NCBI GenBank assembly: GCA_046726415.1
Contig: JBKPAK010000051.1
Coordinates: forward strand, 1 to 52,989
From: Candidatus Methylomirabilota bacterium
Lineage (GTDB): Bacteria > Methylomirabilota > Methylomirabilia > Rokubacteriales > CSP1-6
Direction: 5' to 3'
DNA: 52,989 nucleotides
Of this stretch, positions 39,763-49,978 are shown one piece after another. Position 1 is the first letter of the stretch. The number at the start of each line of letters is the position of its first letter. The translations under genes and the position numbers were made by a program. The notes under the pieces were generated by a model. It was not told the origin of the DNA and searched no databases. It was given only the letters and a program-made list of their open reading frames with translations.

Positions 39763-40536
39763 ATGGCCCTCGTCGTCGCGGTGACCGCAGGGGTGGTGCT
39801 GCGGCGGCAGGCTGCGTTGCCAGGGCTGATGGACCCGCTCCCGGGGGGGTCAGTGGCGCGCGGTCGAGCGCCAGCGCTGCCCGTCATCGACCCCACCGTC
39901 AATGTTCCGTTGAGCGACCGGCTTCCCCCGCGCCTGCCGGCGGCGGGTATTCCCGTGGGATGGCGTCTACGAGAATTCGCCGGGCGATCGGACGTGGAAC
40001 TGGTACGCGACGATGCCGTCGCGCTGCGGCTGCGAAGCCAAGGAGCTTCGTACGTCCTCTATCGCGATGTGGTCGTCGACGTCCAAGCGCATCCGTGGTT
40101 GTCGTGGTCGTGGAAGATCGTTCGACTTCCCCCCGGGGGCGATGTCCGCATGGCCAGCGCCGACGACCAGGCCGCGCAACTCTATGTCGTGTTCCCGCGC
40201 TGGCCGGATCCACGAGGAAAGAGCCAGGTCATCGGTTACGTATGGGATACCACGGCTCCCGTGGGGACTCGCACGATCAGCTCTCGAGTCTCCAACGTGA
40301 AGATCATCGTGGTCGCCTCCGGCGGTGGCGGCCTCGGGGCCTGGCAGCGCTTTCAGCGCAACCTGGCCGCCGATTATATGGACCTTTTCGGACGCCAGCC
40401 CCCCCGGGTCGGGAAGGTGGCCATCATGATCGACAGCAACGACACGCGATCCGATGCCGAGGCCCTGATCTCCGAGGTTCGCTTTTCCCGCGCCGCCCCA
40501 GAAGGGAAGGAAACTCCAACGTCCATGCTACGATAG
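39763..40536 (+). CDS. DUF3047 domain exported protein (start could be CTG 39730)
   Basis: N-terminal TM/signal; L.WSWK, DD.AA.LYV.F, Y.W, RN..ADY..LFG, IMIDS.DT. Confidence 0.8.
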   Translation: MALVVAVTAGVVLRRQAALPGLMDPLPGGSVARGRAPALPVIDPTVNVPLSDRLPPRLPAAGIPVGWRLREFAGRSDVELVRDDAVALRLRSQGASYVLYRDVVVDVQAHPWLSWSWKIVRLPPGGDVRMASADDQAAQLYVVFPRWPDPRGKSQVIGYVWDTTAPVGTRTISSRVSNVKIIVVASGGGGLGAWQRFQRNLAADYMDLFGRQPPRVGKVAIMIDSNDTRSDAEALISEVRFSRAAPEGKETPTSMLR

Positions 40537-40580
40537 CGCCGGTCAGTTCGCCGAGATCGCCAAGGAAGGGAACATAAGGC

Positions 40581-41348
40581 ATGAACTCAGGCCGCGATCC
40601 CGACGATCTCCGAAAGCGTGGTGCTTTCGCAGAGAGGTGCTCGATCCTTGGGCCGACTCGTTGGTTTCGAACCGCGCCGGTCATTTCGCTCGTCTTGGTG
40701 AGCGCGATCGGGATCGTGTCGGCGCCCGCTGCCGCGAAGACTTCCGAGACCAAGCCGGCCAGGGCGGTCGAGGAGGCGGCGCCGGCGAGACCCTCCCGCG
40801 CAGCGCAGCCTACCTTGGAATCAGGCGAATCGTACTGGGTCCAGGTCGGTGCCTACCGCGATGCCCAGATGGCCAAGCGCGTCGCCGAGCGGCTCCGCCA
40901 GGATACGTATCAGGTCCAGGAATCCGTCATCACACGCCCGTTCTCCGGCGCGGAGAGTGCCGTGGTCAGCGGTGACGCCACATCGCACGTCGGCCGTGAG
41001 CGCTACGAGGTGATCATCGCGCGTTCGTCCCGCGACGTGGCGGCAACGCTCACCGCGAAGGGCCTCGCCAGCCAATCGGACGGCGAGGACACCGCAATCA
41101 CTCCGAGCCTACCCCTTGGAGAGGCCGTCGCCCTCTCGAGGGATCTCTCGGAGAGTGGCCTCGCCGTGCGTGTCCGCCGGGTCGCATCGCCTGCCACTCC
41201 GCCGGCCTCCCCGCCGGGCGTCGGCCGGACGGAGACGCTTTATCGGGTTCGCGTGGGCGGTTTTCCCGATCGGGCTGCGGCGCTGGCCGCGATCAAGGAC
41301 CTGGAGTCGCGAGGCTACAAACCATTTCTCATGCGGGGCAACCAGTGA
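40581..41348 (+). CDS. SPOR domain-containing protein
   Basis: TM segment; YWVQVGAYR...A and LYRVRVGGF.DR..A SPOR motifs. Confidence 0.8.
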   Translation: MNSGRDPDDLRKRGAFAERCSILGPTRWFRTAPVISLVLVSAIGIVSAPAAAKTSETKPARAVEEAAPARPSRAAQPTLESGESYWVQVGAYRDAQMAKRVAERLRQDTYQVQESVITRPFSGAESAVVSGDATSHVGRERYEVIIARSSRDVAATLTAKGLASQSDGEDTAITPSLPLGEAVALSRDLSESGLAVRVRRVASPATPPASPPGVGRTETLYRVRVGGFPDRAAALAAIKDLESRGYKPFLMRGNQ

Positions 41349-41385
41349 GCGCGAGCCAGTCTGCGACAGGGGGGTGAAGGGTCAC

Positions 41386-41715
41386 GTGACGAAGAACGAT
41401 CTGGTGAATGCCGTCGCCGCGCACGGTCTCTCTAAGCGGCAGTCGTCATCCGTCGTCGAGTCCGTGTTCGACATCATCTTCAATTGCTTCGAGAAGGGCG
41501 AAGACGTGAAGATCGTCGGCTTCGGGCACTTCCGGATCCGCCAGAAGGCCTCGCGGCGGGGACGGAATCCGCAGACCGGGGACAGCATCGAGATCACCGC
41601 GCGCAAGGTGCTCACGTTCAAGCCGAGCAAGGGACTGAAGCAGCGAATCAACAGCTTCTCGGTCCGGTCCGGGGGCACTCCTCCCGCGGCGCCGACCTCC
41701 ACCTCGCAGCCCTAG
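41386..41715 (+). CDS. ihfA: Integration host factor alpha subunit
   Basis: TK.DL, VKI.GFG.F, GRNPQTG..I.ITARKVLTFKPS; followed by merR and tRNA-Pro. Confidence 0.88.
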   Translation: MTKNDLVNAVAAHGLSKRQSSSVVESVFDIIFNCFEKGEDVKIVGFGHFRIRQKASRRGRNPQTGDSIEITARKVLTFKPSKGLKQRINSFSVRSGGTPPAAPTSTSQP

Positions 41716-41724
41716 GCCGGCGCC

Positions 41725-42081
41725 ATGGCCGCCGAGGCAGCCGAGAAGCTCTACTACCGGATCGGCGAGGTGGAGTCGATCACGGGCGTGCCGGCCTACG
41801 TGCTGCGCTATTGGGAGTCGGAGTTCAAGCTGCTGCGACCGAAGAAGAACTCGGCCGGTCAGCGCCTCTACCGCCACCGCGATCTCGATCTGGTCAAGCG
41901 CATCAAAACGCTGCTGTACGACGAGCGCCTCACGCTGGAGGGCGCCAAGAAGCGACTCCTGGCCGAATCGCGCAAGGGGCCGGAGCAACTCGATCTGGGC
42001 ATGCGCGAGGCCTCGTACGCGGCGGCGCTGCGCCGGGTGCGCGATCACCTCACCGCGCTTCGCGCGAAGCTGAAGGGTTGA
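41725..42081 (+). CDS. MerR family transcriptional regulator
   Basis: KLYYRIGEV, YVLRYWE.EF..L.P.K...GQR.Y, LLY....T.EGAK. Confidence 0.92.
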   Translation: MAAEAAEKLYYRIGEVESITGVPAYVLRYWESEFKLLRPKKNSAGQRLYRHRDLDLVKRIKTLLYDERLTLEGAKKRLLAESRKGPEQLDLGMREASYAAALRRVRDHLTALRAKLKG

Positions 42082-42118
42082 AGGCCCCGCGCGCTTCTGC
42101 GAGAATCCGAGGCGAGGT

Positions 42119-42195
<77 letters not shown>

Positions 42196-42250
42196 TCTGA
42201 TCTGACGGAGCACGGGGCGGTCGGCCGCTCCGTGTCCGATCATACCTTCC

Positions 42251-43021
42251 ATGCCAGTGCTCCTGGTTACGAACGATGACGGCATTCACGCCGACGGCCT
42301 CGCCGCGCTGGCCCGGGCGGTGGAGGGGCTCGGCGCTGTGTACGTGCTCGCCCCCGAGCGGGAGCAGAGCGCCTGCGGTCATGCGCTCACCTTGCACCGC
42401 CCGCTTCGCGTGGACCAGGTCGCCGAGCGCCGCTTCGCCGTGAACGGTACTCCGTCGGACTGCGTGAATCTCGCCGTGCTGGGCTTTCTTCCTGAGCGCC
42501 CGGTGCTCATTCTGTCGGGGATCAACCATGGCTCCAACCTCGGCGACGATGTGACCTACTCGGGCACCGTCTCGGCGGCCATGGAGGGAACACTGCTCGG
42601 TGTGCCCTCCATCGCCGTGTCCCTCGCCACCGGCGGCGATTTCGAGGAGGCCGGCCGCATCGCGCGCCTGGTGGCCATGCGCGCACTCGCGAGTGGCTTG
42701 CCCGACAAGACCCTTCTCAACGTGAACGTGCCGTCCGGGGCGCCGCGGGGCTTCCGGGTGGCGCGTCTGGGCCATCGCATCTACGGCGGAAAGATCCTGC
42801 AGCAGGCGGATCCCCGCGGTCGGCCCCACTACTGGATCGGCGCGGGGCCTCCGGAGTGGGGCCTGCTCGAAGGCACCGACATGGGTGCGGTGCACGACGG
42901 TTTCGTGGCGCTGACGCCGCTGCATCTCGATCTCACCCACCACCGGGCCCTTGCCGAGATGCGAGACTGGCCCACGTGGCTGACCGCGCAGCGTCGCCAA
43001 GCACCCCCCGCGCCCCCGTGA
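42251..43021 (+). CDS. surE: 5'/3'-nucleotidase SurE
   Basis: LVTNDDG, GTPSDCV, SGINHG.NLG.DV.YSGTV.AA.EG. Confidence 0.96.
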   Translation: MPVLLVTNDDGIHADGLAALARAVEGLGAVYVLAPEREQSACGHALTLHRPLRVDQVAERRFAVNGTPSDCVNLAVLGFLPERPVLILSGINHGSNLGDDVTYSGTVSAAMEGTLLGVPSIAVSLATGGDFEEAGRIARLVAMRALASGLPDKTLLNVNVPSGAPRGFRVARLGHRIYGGKILQQADPRGRPHYWIGAGPPEWGLLEGTDMGAVHDGFVALTPLHLDLTHHRALAEMRDWPTWLTAQRRQAPPAPP

Positions 43022-43671
43022 ACGGAGCCGACCTCTTCGAGCGGGAACGCGGTCGCATGGTGGAGGATCAACTCGTCCGTCGCGGGATCAGCGACGGACG
43101 CGTGCTCGCTGCCATGCGTCGCGTCCAGCGCCACCGATTCGTGGAGGAGGCCTTTCGGGAGCGCGCCTACGGTGATCATCCACTCCCCATCGGTCAAGAG
43201 CAGACCATTTCGCAGCCCTACATCGTAGCGCTCATGACCTCGCTGCTCGCGCTCACCGGTCGCGAGAAGGTCCTCGAGGTCGGTACGGGCTCCGGATACC
43301 AGACGGCCGTGCTCGCCGAGCTGGCCCGACGCGTCTGCTCGATCGAGCGCATTCCGGCCCTGGCGGCGCGGGCGCGCGGCGCTCTCGAGGCACTGGGCTA
43401 TGCCAACGTATGGGTGCGGGTGGGCAACGGTACTCTCGGCTGGCCGGACGAGGCTCCGTTCGACTGCATCCTGGTGGCGGCGGGAGGCCCCACCGTACCC
43501 CCGCCGCTGTTCGAGCAACTTGTCGATGGTGGCCGCATGGTGCTCCCCCTCGGAGACCAGACGGGCCAGACGCTCACCCTCGTGCAGAGCGTGGGTGGGC
43601 ACATGCGGACGCGCCCGTGCGGCGATTGCCACTTCGTGCCTCTGCTCGGCAAGTACGCCTGGAGCCTGTGA
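43018..43671 (+). CDS. pcm: Protein-L-isoaspartate O-methyltransferase
   Basis: QTISQPYIVA, VLEVGTGSGYQ.A, GWP.EAPFD, FVPL. Confidence 0.96.
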   Translation: MNGADLFERERGRMVEDQLVRRGISDGRVLAAMRRVQRHRFVEEAFRERAYGDHPLPIGQEQTISQPYIVALMTSLLALTGREKVLEVGTGSGYQTAVLAELARRVCSIERIPALAARARGALEALGYANVWVRVGNGTLGWPDEAPFDCILVAAGGPTVPPPLFEQLVDGGRMVLPLGDQTGQTLTLVQSVGGHMRTRPCGDCHFVPLLGKYAWSL

Positions 43672-43696
43672 AGCCTGTATAATCGAGCGATCACTC

Positions 43697-43773
<77 letters not shown>

Positions 43774-43834
43774 TCACCGTGTCGCCGCCGATCGGTCGTG
43801 CCGGTCGGCGGTCGACTGAGTCTCAACGAACGGT

Positions 43835-44137
43835 TTGGACGCAACAGCACGGGAGGCGGCGGAGATCACCATCGAGGGCCGCGTGCAAGGAGTCGGGTTC
43901 CGCGACTTCACCCGACGTCACGCTCGCGACCTGGCCCTGGTTGGGTACGTGATGAACCTTGCTGACGGCCGGGTGCGCGTGTGGGCGGAAGGGCCCCACG
44001 AGGCCATCCAGAGCCTGGCCGATCGGCTCGAGCAAGGGCCTCGTCTGGCTCGAGTGGATCGCATCGCGGTGACCTGGGCCGCATCGACCGGGCGTTGGCC
44101 GACATTCGCGGTTCGTACCGAGAGCGCTGACCGGTGA
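43835..44137 (+). CDS. acyP: Acylphosphatase
   Basis: [15 protein letters not shown]...AEG. Confidence 0.92.
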   Translation: MDATAREAAEITIEGRVQGVGFRDFTRRHARDLALVGYVMNLADGRVRVWAEGPHEAIQSLADRLEQGPRLARVDRIAVTWAASTGRWPTFAVRTESADR

Positions 44138-44958
44138 TCGCCGGCCGTCGAGCGCGACGGATCGGCACCGTCGCCATGCTGGCGATCACGACGGCCAGCG
44201 TTCCCGCGCGCGCGATCGCCGCCGGCCCCGGGGGGATGTCGCACGAGGTGAGGCGCAGCGACACGCTCAGCGGCATCGCGCGGCGGTATGGCGTCAGCAT
44301 CCGCGAGATCGTGGCGGCCAACCGCCTTCCGGGACCGCGCGCCCGCCTTCCCGTGGGACGCCGTCTGACCATCCCCGACCAGACCATTGGCGAAGGCGCG
44401 AAGTCGACCTGGCGCGCCATCGCGCGGCCCGGGCCGCGGACCACGCGAGCGGCCCTTCGAGCCACGGCGCGTGAATCCGTGTCGGATCCTCCGGCCAATC
44501 TTCTTTTGGCGGTCCCTGAGTTCAGCGTCCCAGTCCCCCCCTTTGCCTGGCCGGTGGACGGCGTCGTCAGCTCCAACTTCGGACGGCGCGGCCGGGGTTG
44601 GCACCGCGGGGTGGACATCGCGGCCCCGGCCGGCGCGCCCATTTCTGCGGCCGCGGGAGGTCTCGTCATCGCGAGCGGGATCGAGGAGCGGTACGGGCGC
44701 GTCGTGAAGATCGAGCACGATGCGGGCTTCGTGACCGTCTATGCGCACAATCTGTCGAACAGCGTGGACGTCGGAGACCGCATAGCCACTGGTCAGGAGA
44801 TCGGGCACGTGGGACGGACTGGCCATGCCACCAGCTCGCATCTGCATTTCGAGATCCGCCATGAGGGGCGCGTCGTCAATCCACTCTATCTCCTTCCGCT
44901 TCCGCCTCGGGTGACCGCGGAGGAGTTTGCCGTCGCGCCCGAGGACGACGATGAGTGA
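44134..44958 (+). CDS. LysM + M23 peptidase (NlpD-like)
   Basis: Lys[15 protein letters not shown]23 HRGVDI, YAH, TG......HLHFEIR. Confidence 0.9.
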   Translation: MIAGRRARRIGTVAMLAITTASVPARAIAAGPGGMSHEVRRSDTLSGIARRYGVSIREIVAANRLPGPRARLPVGRRLTIPDQTIGEGAKSTWRAIARPGPRTTRAALRATARESVSDPPANLLLAVPEFSVPVPPFAWPVDGVVSSNFGRRGRGWHRGVDIAAPAGAPISAAAGGLVIASGIEERYGRVVKIEHDAGFVTVYAHNLSNSVDVGDRIATGQEIGHVGRTGHATSSHLHFEIRHEGRVVNPLYLLPLPPRVTAEEFAVAPEDDDE

Positions 44959-45871
44959 GGAGGTCGACGAGGCGGTCATTCCCGATGAGCCCCTCGGCTC
45001 GCTGATGGACGTCGCTGACCACGAGGTCCGCCAGGAGACCCGGGACACGAGCCGGGCCAACCTGGGCTTGTACCTCTCGGAAATCTCGCGCATCCCTCTG
45101 CTGAGCCGGCAGAAAGAAGGGGCGCTGGCGCGACGCGCGAGAGCTGGCGACGAGGCGGCCAAAGCGCGCCTGACCGAGGCCAATCTGCGGCTGGTCGTCC
45201 AGGTCGCGCGACGGTACCTCAACCGCGGGCTTCCGCTGCCCGACCTGATCGAAGAGGGCAATCTCGGACTCATGCGCGCGGTTGAGAAATTCGAGCCCGA
45301 GCGTGGGACTCGGTTCTCGACGTATGCGACGTGGTGGATCCGCCACGCCGTCGTGCGCGCTTTGGCCAACCAGGCCCGCATGATCCGCTTGCCCGTCCAC
45401 GTAGAGGCTCTCTTGGGGCGCTATGCCAAGGAGCACGCTCGACTCACGCAGGAGCTGGGGCGTGCGCCGACGGCGGACGAAATCGCCTCGGCCCTTCAGA
45501 CCACGGTAGAGCAAGTGCGCGAGCTCGAGGAGATCCGTCAACCGCCGGTGTCGCTGGATGTCCCCGTTCGCGACGACGCCACCCTGCGGGACCTGGTGGC
45601 CGATCCGGCCCCGGAGCCGGGCGCGGCCATCGGCAACCTTCTTCGGTCGCGCTCCGATCTGCTCACGGTTCTGGACGACCTGCCCGCCAACGAGCGCACC
45701 GTGCTCCGGCGCCGCTTCGGACTCGAGGGCGATTCTCCCGAGACGCTGGAGGCCATCGGACGCCGCCTGTCGATCAGCCGTGAACGCGTCCGCCAGATCG
45801 AAGCCAACGCGCTTCGGAAGTTGCGCGGTCTCCTCGCCGCGCGCGGCATCGACGCCGCTGATATCGACTGA
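44951..45871 (+). CDS. Group 2 sigma-70 factor, RpoS-like
   Basis: [56 protein letters not shown]; lacks region 1.1; downstream of surE-pcm-nlpD-like. Confidence 0.88.
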   Translation: MSEEVDEAVIPDEPLGSLMDVADHEVRQETRDTSRANLGLYLSEISRIPLLSRQKEGALARRARAGDEAAKARLTEANLRLVVQVARRYLNRGLPLPDLIEEGNLGLMRAVEKFEPERGTRFSTYATWWIRHAVVRALANQARMIRLPVHVEALLGRYAKEHARLTQELGRAPTADEIASALQTTVEQVRELEEIRQPPVSLDVPVRDDATLRDLVADPAPEPGAAIGNLLRSRSDLLTVLDDLPANERTVLRRRFGLEGDSPETLEAIGRRLSISRERVRQIEANALRKLRGLLAARGIDAADID

Positions 45872-45897
45872 CTCGTCCCGCCGAGAGCTCTACCGCG

Positions 45898-46092
45898 TAG
45901 TGTCCGAATATTCGGTCGAGGCCTTCCCGGTACCGGTCCGGGCGTAAGGCTCGGTAAGATCGGCCTATGAAGGCCGATCTCTACGCCTTGCGGGTGCTAC
46001 TCGTAACGCTCGCTGGATGGGTCAACCGCCACCAACAACACGTCTTGCCGGTCCCGGGAGGAGACCGACGAGCAGGACGTTGTGGCCGATAA
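45898..46092 (+). mobile_element. Truncated IS remnant: putative left end plus 5' fragment of an integrase-core (rve) transposase
   Basis: TAGTGTCCGAATATTCGG at 45898; ATG 45967 encodes MKADLYALRVLLVTLAGWVNRHQQHV, resembling the N-terminus of rve transposases (LAGWVNR.QQ.VI.YL.EEN), then diverges and stops at 46092. Confidence 0.55.
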
Positions 46093-46225
46093 CAAGCCGA
46101 GCGGCTACGTGCTTGTCCTTTCGACGGCAGGCTCTTGATTCCAATGCGCTTGCCTTTTCTCTGGCGGAAGGAACGGAGGAGTGGCGGCGTCTTGTGAAAT
46201 GCGGAGAGGTCGATGAGCTGCTCGG

Positions 46226-49200
46226 TTACGCTCCGATCTCCGCTGCTGCCCGTTCACGCCAGAACTGCATATCCATCTCGTGGTACATCGTCGTCGCGGT
46301 GCTGAGGTGCTCCTGCGCCTCTTGCCGCTTTCCGATGCACCGATAGAGCTTGCCGAGGCCGAGGTGGCAGTGGGCGATGAGGGGACGCATTCCCCGCTGC
46401 TCGGCCAGCGCCAGCGCTTGGCGGTACTGATCCTCGCCGCGCTCGGAATCGAACCGATCGGGATGCGTCGCGATGTCGCCGAGCAGGTGTAGCGCATGGG
46501 CCGCGAACCCGGGGTGCTGCGGAGATGTTTCGACCACGCGATCGCCGAGGTCTCGCGCCTCGTCGAACCGGCCGAGCAGCAGACCGGCGCGACCCAGTGC
46601 GTGGTGGACCCAGCCGCGATAGCCGACGATCCCCGCCGCCTGCTGACGCTCGAGAAGCTGCTCGCCTTCACGGAGCCGGGGCAGCGCCTCACTCGTCTCG
46701 CCGAGTTGCGCCAGCACCCAGGCGGAGCAGGCAACCGCGTGGGGGAGCAAGAGGACGATGTTCGCCGTTCGAAGCACCCCGATCTCACGCTCGAGCAGAG
46801 CGCGTGCCTTCACCCAGTTGCCTTTCACGAGGTGAAGCCAGCCGGCGGCGCGGAGGGCAACACCGAGGGTATACGGATGATGTGTCGACTCAGCCAGCCG
46901 AATCGCCTCGACTTCGTACTCGGCCGCCTCGGCGAATCTGCCGAGTTCGGCCATGCTCATGGCGAGCCAGCCGCGATCAGCGACTGATGGCAGCGCGATG
47001 TTTCCGAAATACTCGTAGACCCGCTCGGTAGGCAATGCTGCGAGGTTGTCGGTGGCCAGCCGAACCACTCGCTCGAATTCGCCTCGGCGGTAATGACCCT
47101 GCTCGAGGAGGGTCGTGGTGAGGATGCGAAGCTCGAAGTCCCCTCGCATCCAGGCAATCTCCAGCGCGCGGGTTCCATATGTGTGAGCCTCATCCAGCCG
47201 GCCGAGATGCATGTAAATGGCCGCCGTGTCCGCCCACACATACCCGCGCCTGCGGTCGTCGTTCAACCGCTCGGCAAGCATCTCTCGCTCGCGCAGCCAT
47301 TCGAGCAGGGGACCGACTTCGCCGAGCTGGACGAACGCGGTGTGCAGGTCGCAGCGGATCTCGAAACCGTGCTCCAGGGTGGACTGGTTGTCCGGGAGAT
47401 GGGCCAGCGCGTCGAGCGCGCGCTCGAAGGACGCCACCGCCTCCCCGTTGGCGGAGCGTTCGAGGGCTCTCGCCCCAGCCCGGCGGAGATGGACGACGGC
47501 CTTGTCCCAGACCTCGCCCTTGGCGTAGTGAAGACCGAGCGCGAGGTGGTGCGACTCCAGCCTCCCTTCGTGGAGGGCCGCGAGCGCCTCCGCTACACGG
47601 CGGTGAAGTACCTTATGGCGGGGAACGAGGATGCGGCTATACGCTACCTCGCGCACCCGATCGTGAGTGAAGTCCAGACGCTCGCCCACGCTGTGCAGCA
47701 CGCGCCGGCGGATCAGCTCCTCCACTCGCCGCGCCGCCTCCTCCTCGCCAAGCCCGGAGACGTGCTGGAGCAGAGCGAACTCGAACTCGCACCCGACGAC
47801 GGAGGCTTGCGCCACCAGCTCACGGCTCCGCTCGTCGAGACGATCGAGCTGGCGGCTGATGATGTCACGGACACGTTCCGGCAGTGGCAGCCCCTCCAGC
47901 CCGGGGGGGAGCACCTCGTGAGCGGCCGCCCGCATCGCCTCGATCACCACGAAGGGATTCCCGCCGCTGGTGCGCCACATGTCCTCCCCCAGGCGCGCCG
48001 TCTCCACGTCGTCCGTTCCCGGACGCGTGAGAGCCTCGACGAGGTCGAGCGTGTCGCTCCGGGACAATGGTCCGAGCGCCACCCGGGTCACGTGGGGCTC
48101 GCGCTCCAGCTCGCCGAGCGTCCGCTGCAGCATCGGCGCATCGACCAGCTCCTCCTCGCGTGCCGTCACCAGCAGCAGGAGCCGCCACGCCCGGAGGCGG
48201 CGGGTGATGAACGCCAGCAGCCTGACGCTCATCTCGTCCGCCCAGTGGAGGTCTTCGAGGATCAAGACTGTCGGCTGCCGGTCGGCCACGTGGCCGAGGA
48301 GCAAGCTCACACCCTCGAAGAGCCGCAGGTAGTCGGGAGGGGCCGCCCACTCGGCATCTCCGAACCCCAGTTCGGGAAGCAGACGTCCCAGCTCGCGGCG
48401 GATCGCCAGCGGCAGGGTGTCGAACCATTCCCGGTCTTCCCCCACGTGCCCTGTGCGCAAGGCCTCCACCCAGGGGCCGAACGGCAAGATCTGCTCGCTT
48501 TCGTGGCAGCGTCCGATCAGCACGCGGGTAGTGTCCACGGGAACCTCTGCTGCCAGTTCCGCGACGAGTCGTGTCTTGCCGACGCCGGCTTCGCCAATGA
48601 AGGCCACCACCCGCCCCTGCCCGCTGACGGTCTCCGCGAGGGCCGCTCGCAACCGGGCCATCTCTTGGTCGCGCCCGATGAGGGGCGTGTCCCTGGTCAA
48701 GACTAGGGACGGGCGCCGGATGCTCGCGAAGGGTTCCGACCCTTCTGAACCTGCTGGCTCGGAGGTCGTCGTGAGGAGCGGTCGCCGGCGGAGGATCTCC
48801 TGGTAGAGACGTTTCGTCTCCTCCTCCGGCTCCACCCCCAGCTCGCGCTGGAGGACACCCACGCAGAGCTGGTACTGGTGGAGGGCAGAGCCCCGTCGCC
48901 CGAGCTGGGCGTAGAGACGCATGAGCGTGCGGTGCACTGGCTCCTGGAGCGGGTCGAGCGCGCTCAGTCGCAGCCCGGTCTGCAGGGCGGTCTCCACGGC
49001 CCCGGCGGCACGCTGCGCGGCGAGCAATGCGGCGTGCGCCTCAATCGCTAGCTCGCGCAACCGCTCCCGCTCCGCCATCAGCCACTCCTCGAACGGGGGC
49101 TCTTGCAGGGTCAGCCCGTCGAGCAGGTCGCCCCCATAGAGTTGGACCGCCTGCCCAAGCGCCTCGGGCGTGCGCGCGCGCACCAGCCGCTCGAAGGTCG

Positions 49201-49510
49201 CCGCATCGACGTCGACGGCGTGCGGGTTCAGGGCGATACTCGCGCCCTCGATGTCTAGACAGCCGGGGCGGGCGGGCTCCACGGCCGGCCGGAGCGAAAA
49301 CAGGGCCTGCCGAAAGCTTTTCCGGGCGTGTCCCCGCGAGAGGTCCCCCCAGAGCAAGGCGGCTAGTTTGTCGCGTGAGTGCCTTCGGCCAAGGGGGAGA
49401 GCGAGATAGGCGAGAAGTGCCTGGAGCTTCTTGGTGGGCAGCGGCAGGGGCGGGCCGGCACCGAGCCGAGCCTGAAAGCCGCCCAAGAGCGTGAGGGTGA
49501 GCCGCGCCAT
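46226..49510 (-). CDS. SARP-type (wHTH+BTAD) regulator fused to STAND AAA ATPase and TPR repeats, 1094 aa
   Basis: LLGGF..., ALLAYLAL, SR.KLA.LLW (wHTH); LY.GDLL, F.EW...ERE.L, DPL.E..HR.LM..Y (BTAD); Walker A GEAGVGKT, Walker B LEDLHWAD; helical repeats; RBS GAGGAGG before ATG 49510. Confidence 0.92.
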   Translation of the reverse strand: MARLTLTLLGGFQARLGAGPPLPLPTKKLQALLAYLALPLGRRHSRDKLAALLWGDLSRGHARKSFRQALFSLRPAVEPARPGCLDIEGASIALNPHAVDVDAATFERLVRARTPEALGQAVQLYGGDLLDGLTLQEPPFEEWLMAERERLRELAIEAHAALLAAQRAAGAVETALQTGLRLSALDPLQEPVHRTLMRLYAQLGRRGSALHQYQLCVGVLQRELGVEPEEETKRLYQEILRRRPLLTTTSEPAGSEGSEPFASIRRPSLVLTRDTPLIGRDQEMARLRAALAETVSGQGRVVAFIGEAGVGKTRLVAELAAEVPVDTTRVLIGRCHESEQILPFGPWVEALRTGHVGEDREWFDTLPLAIRRELGRLLPELGFGDAEWAAPPDYLRLFEGVSLLLGHVADRQPTVLILEDLHWADEMSVRLLAFITRRLRAWRLLLLVTAREEELVDAPMLQRTLGELEREPHVTRVALGPLSRSDTLDLVEALTRPGTDDVETARLGEDMWRTSGGNPFVVIEAMRAAAHEVLPPGLEGLPLPERVRDIISRQLDRLDERSRELVAQASVVGCEFEFALLQHVSGLGEEEAARRVEELIRRRVLHSVGERLDFTHDRVREVAYSRILVPRHKVLHRRVAEALAALHEGRLESHHLALGLHYAKGEVWDKAVVHLRRAGARALERSANGEAVASFERALDALAHLPDNQSTLEHGFEIRCDLHTAFVQLGEVGPLLEWLREREMLAERLNDDRRRGYVWADTAAIYMHLGRLDEAHTYGTRALEIAWMRGDFELRILTTTLLEQGHYRRGEFERVVRLATDNLAALPTERVYEYFGNIALPSVADRGWLAMSMAELGRFAEAAEYEVEAIRLAESTHHPYTLGVALRAAGWLHLVKGNWVKARALLEREIGVLRTANIVLLLPHAVACSAWVLAQLGETSEALPRLREGEQLLERQQAAGIVGYRGWVHHALGRAGLLLGRFDEARDLGDRVVETSPQHPGFAAHALHLLGDIATHPDRFDSERGEDQYRQALALAEQRGMRPLIAHCHLGLGKLYRCIGKRQEAQEHLSTATTMYHEMDMQFWRERAAAEIGA

Positions 49511-49573
49511 AAGGCCCTCCTCGCCTACGGGGCTCCAACCTAGCACCGCCTCCGTTTGGTACCCAAGGGTTCC

Positions 49574-49613
49574 TTGACGTCCTTTTGACGTCACATCGAC
49601 GGATTGATGACGC
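49574..49613 (+). promoter_or_regulatory. Four heptamer direct repeats at 11-bp period (putative SARP/wHTH binding array)
   Basis: TTGACGT 49574, TTGACGT 49585, TCGACGG 49596, ATGACGC 49607. Confidence 0.7.
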
Positions 49614-49672
49614 GCCGCCGTCCACGCTCGCCCACGCCGTGACATCGAGTGGCGGGAGTGGCCGGCAAGCGC

Positions 49673-49834
49673 ATGACGTTCATCGTCCGGATCTTCGTTG
49701 ACGAGGGAGGTGCGATCAGCGGCGTGGTGGAGCAAGTCACGAGCGGCAGGAAGGAGTCCGTCCACGCCATCGCGGACGTCAGCCGCGTCATCGCCGTGAT
49801 GGTCACGGGCGAGAAGGCGACCGGCCGCATGTGA
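49673..49834 (+). CDS. Conserved microprotein, copy 1 (53 aa; alternative GTG 49649)
   Basis: MTFIVRIFVDEGGAISGVVEQVTSGRKESVHAIADVSRVIAVMVTGEKATGRM; ungapped paralog at 50923. Confidence 0.75.
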   Translation: MTFIVRIFVDEGGAISGVVEQVTSGRKESVHAIADVSRVIAVMVTGEKATGRM

Positions 49835-49978
49835 GGCGAGTCTTACAGGATGAGGTTGAGGAGGTGAGAACGGTTCCGGTACTTGATGATGAGGCAAGGC
49901 TGATGCGGGTGTGCCTGGCATACTCAGCCCTTCAGCCGCCCACACGACGACCTCATGGCATTGCCGAAGGAGAAAAGT

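Noticed and set aside
49898-49937. Nested inverted repeats GGCTGA...TCAGCC upstream of the secreted protein gene as a riboswitch or ncRNA
   Set aside because: The stems are short, match no family motif I recognise, and are compatible with chance at this GC content.
49511-49945. N-terminal 145 aa of the 1239-aa minus-strand ORF
   Set aside because: The domain begins at MARLTLTLLGG with a strong RBS at 49510; the extension is antisense to the microprotein and promoter.
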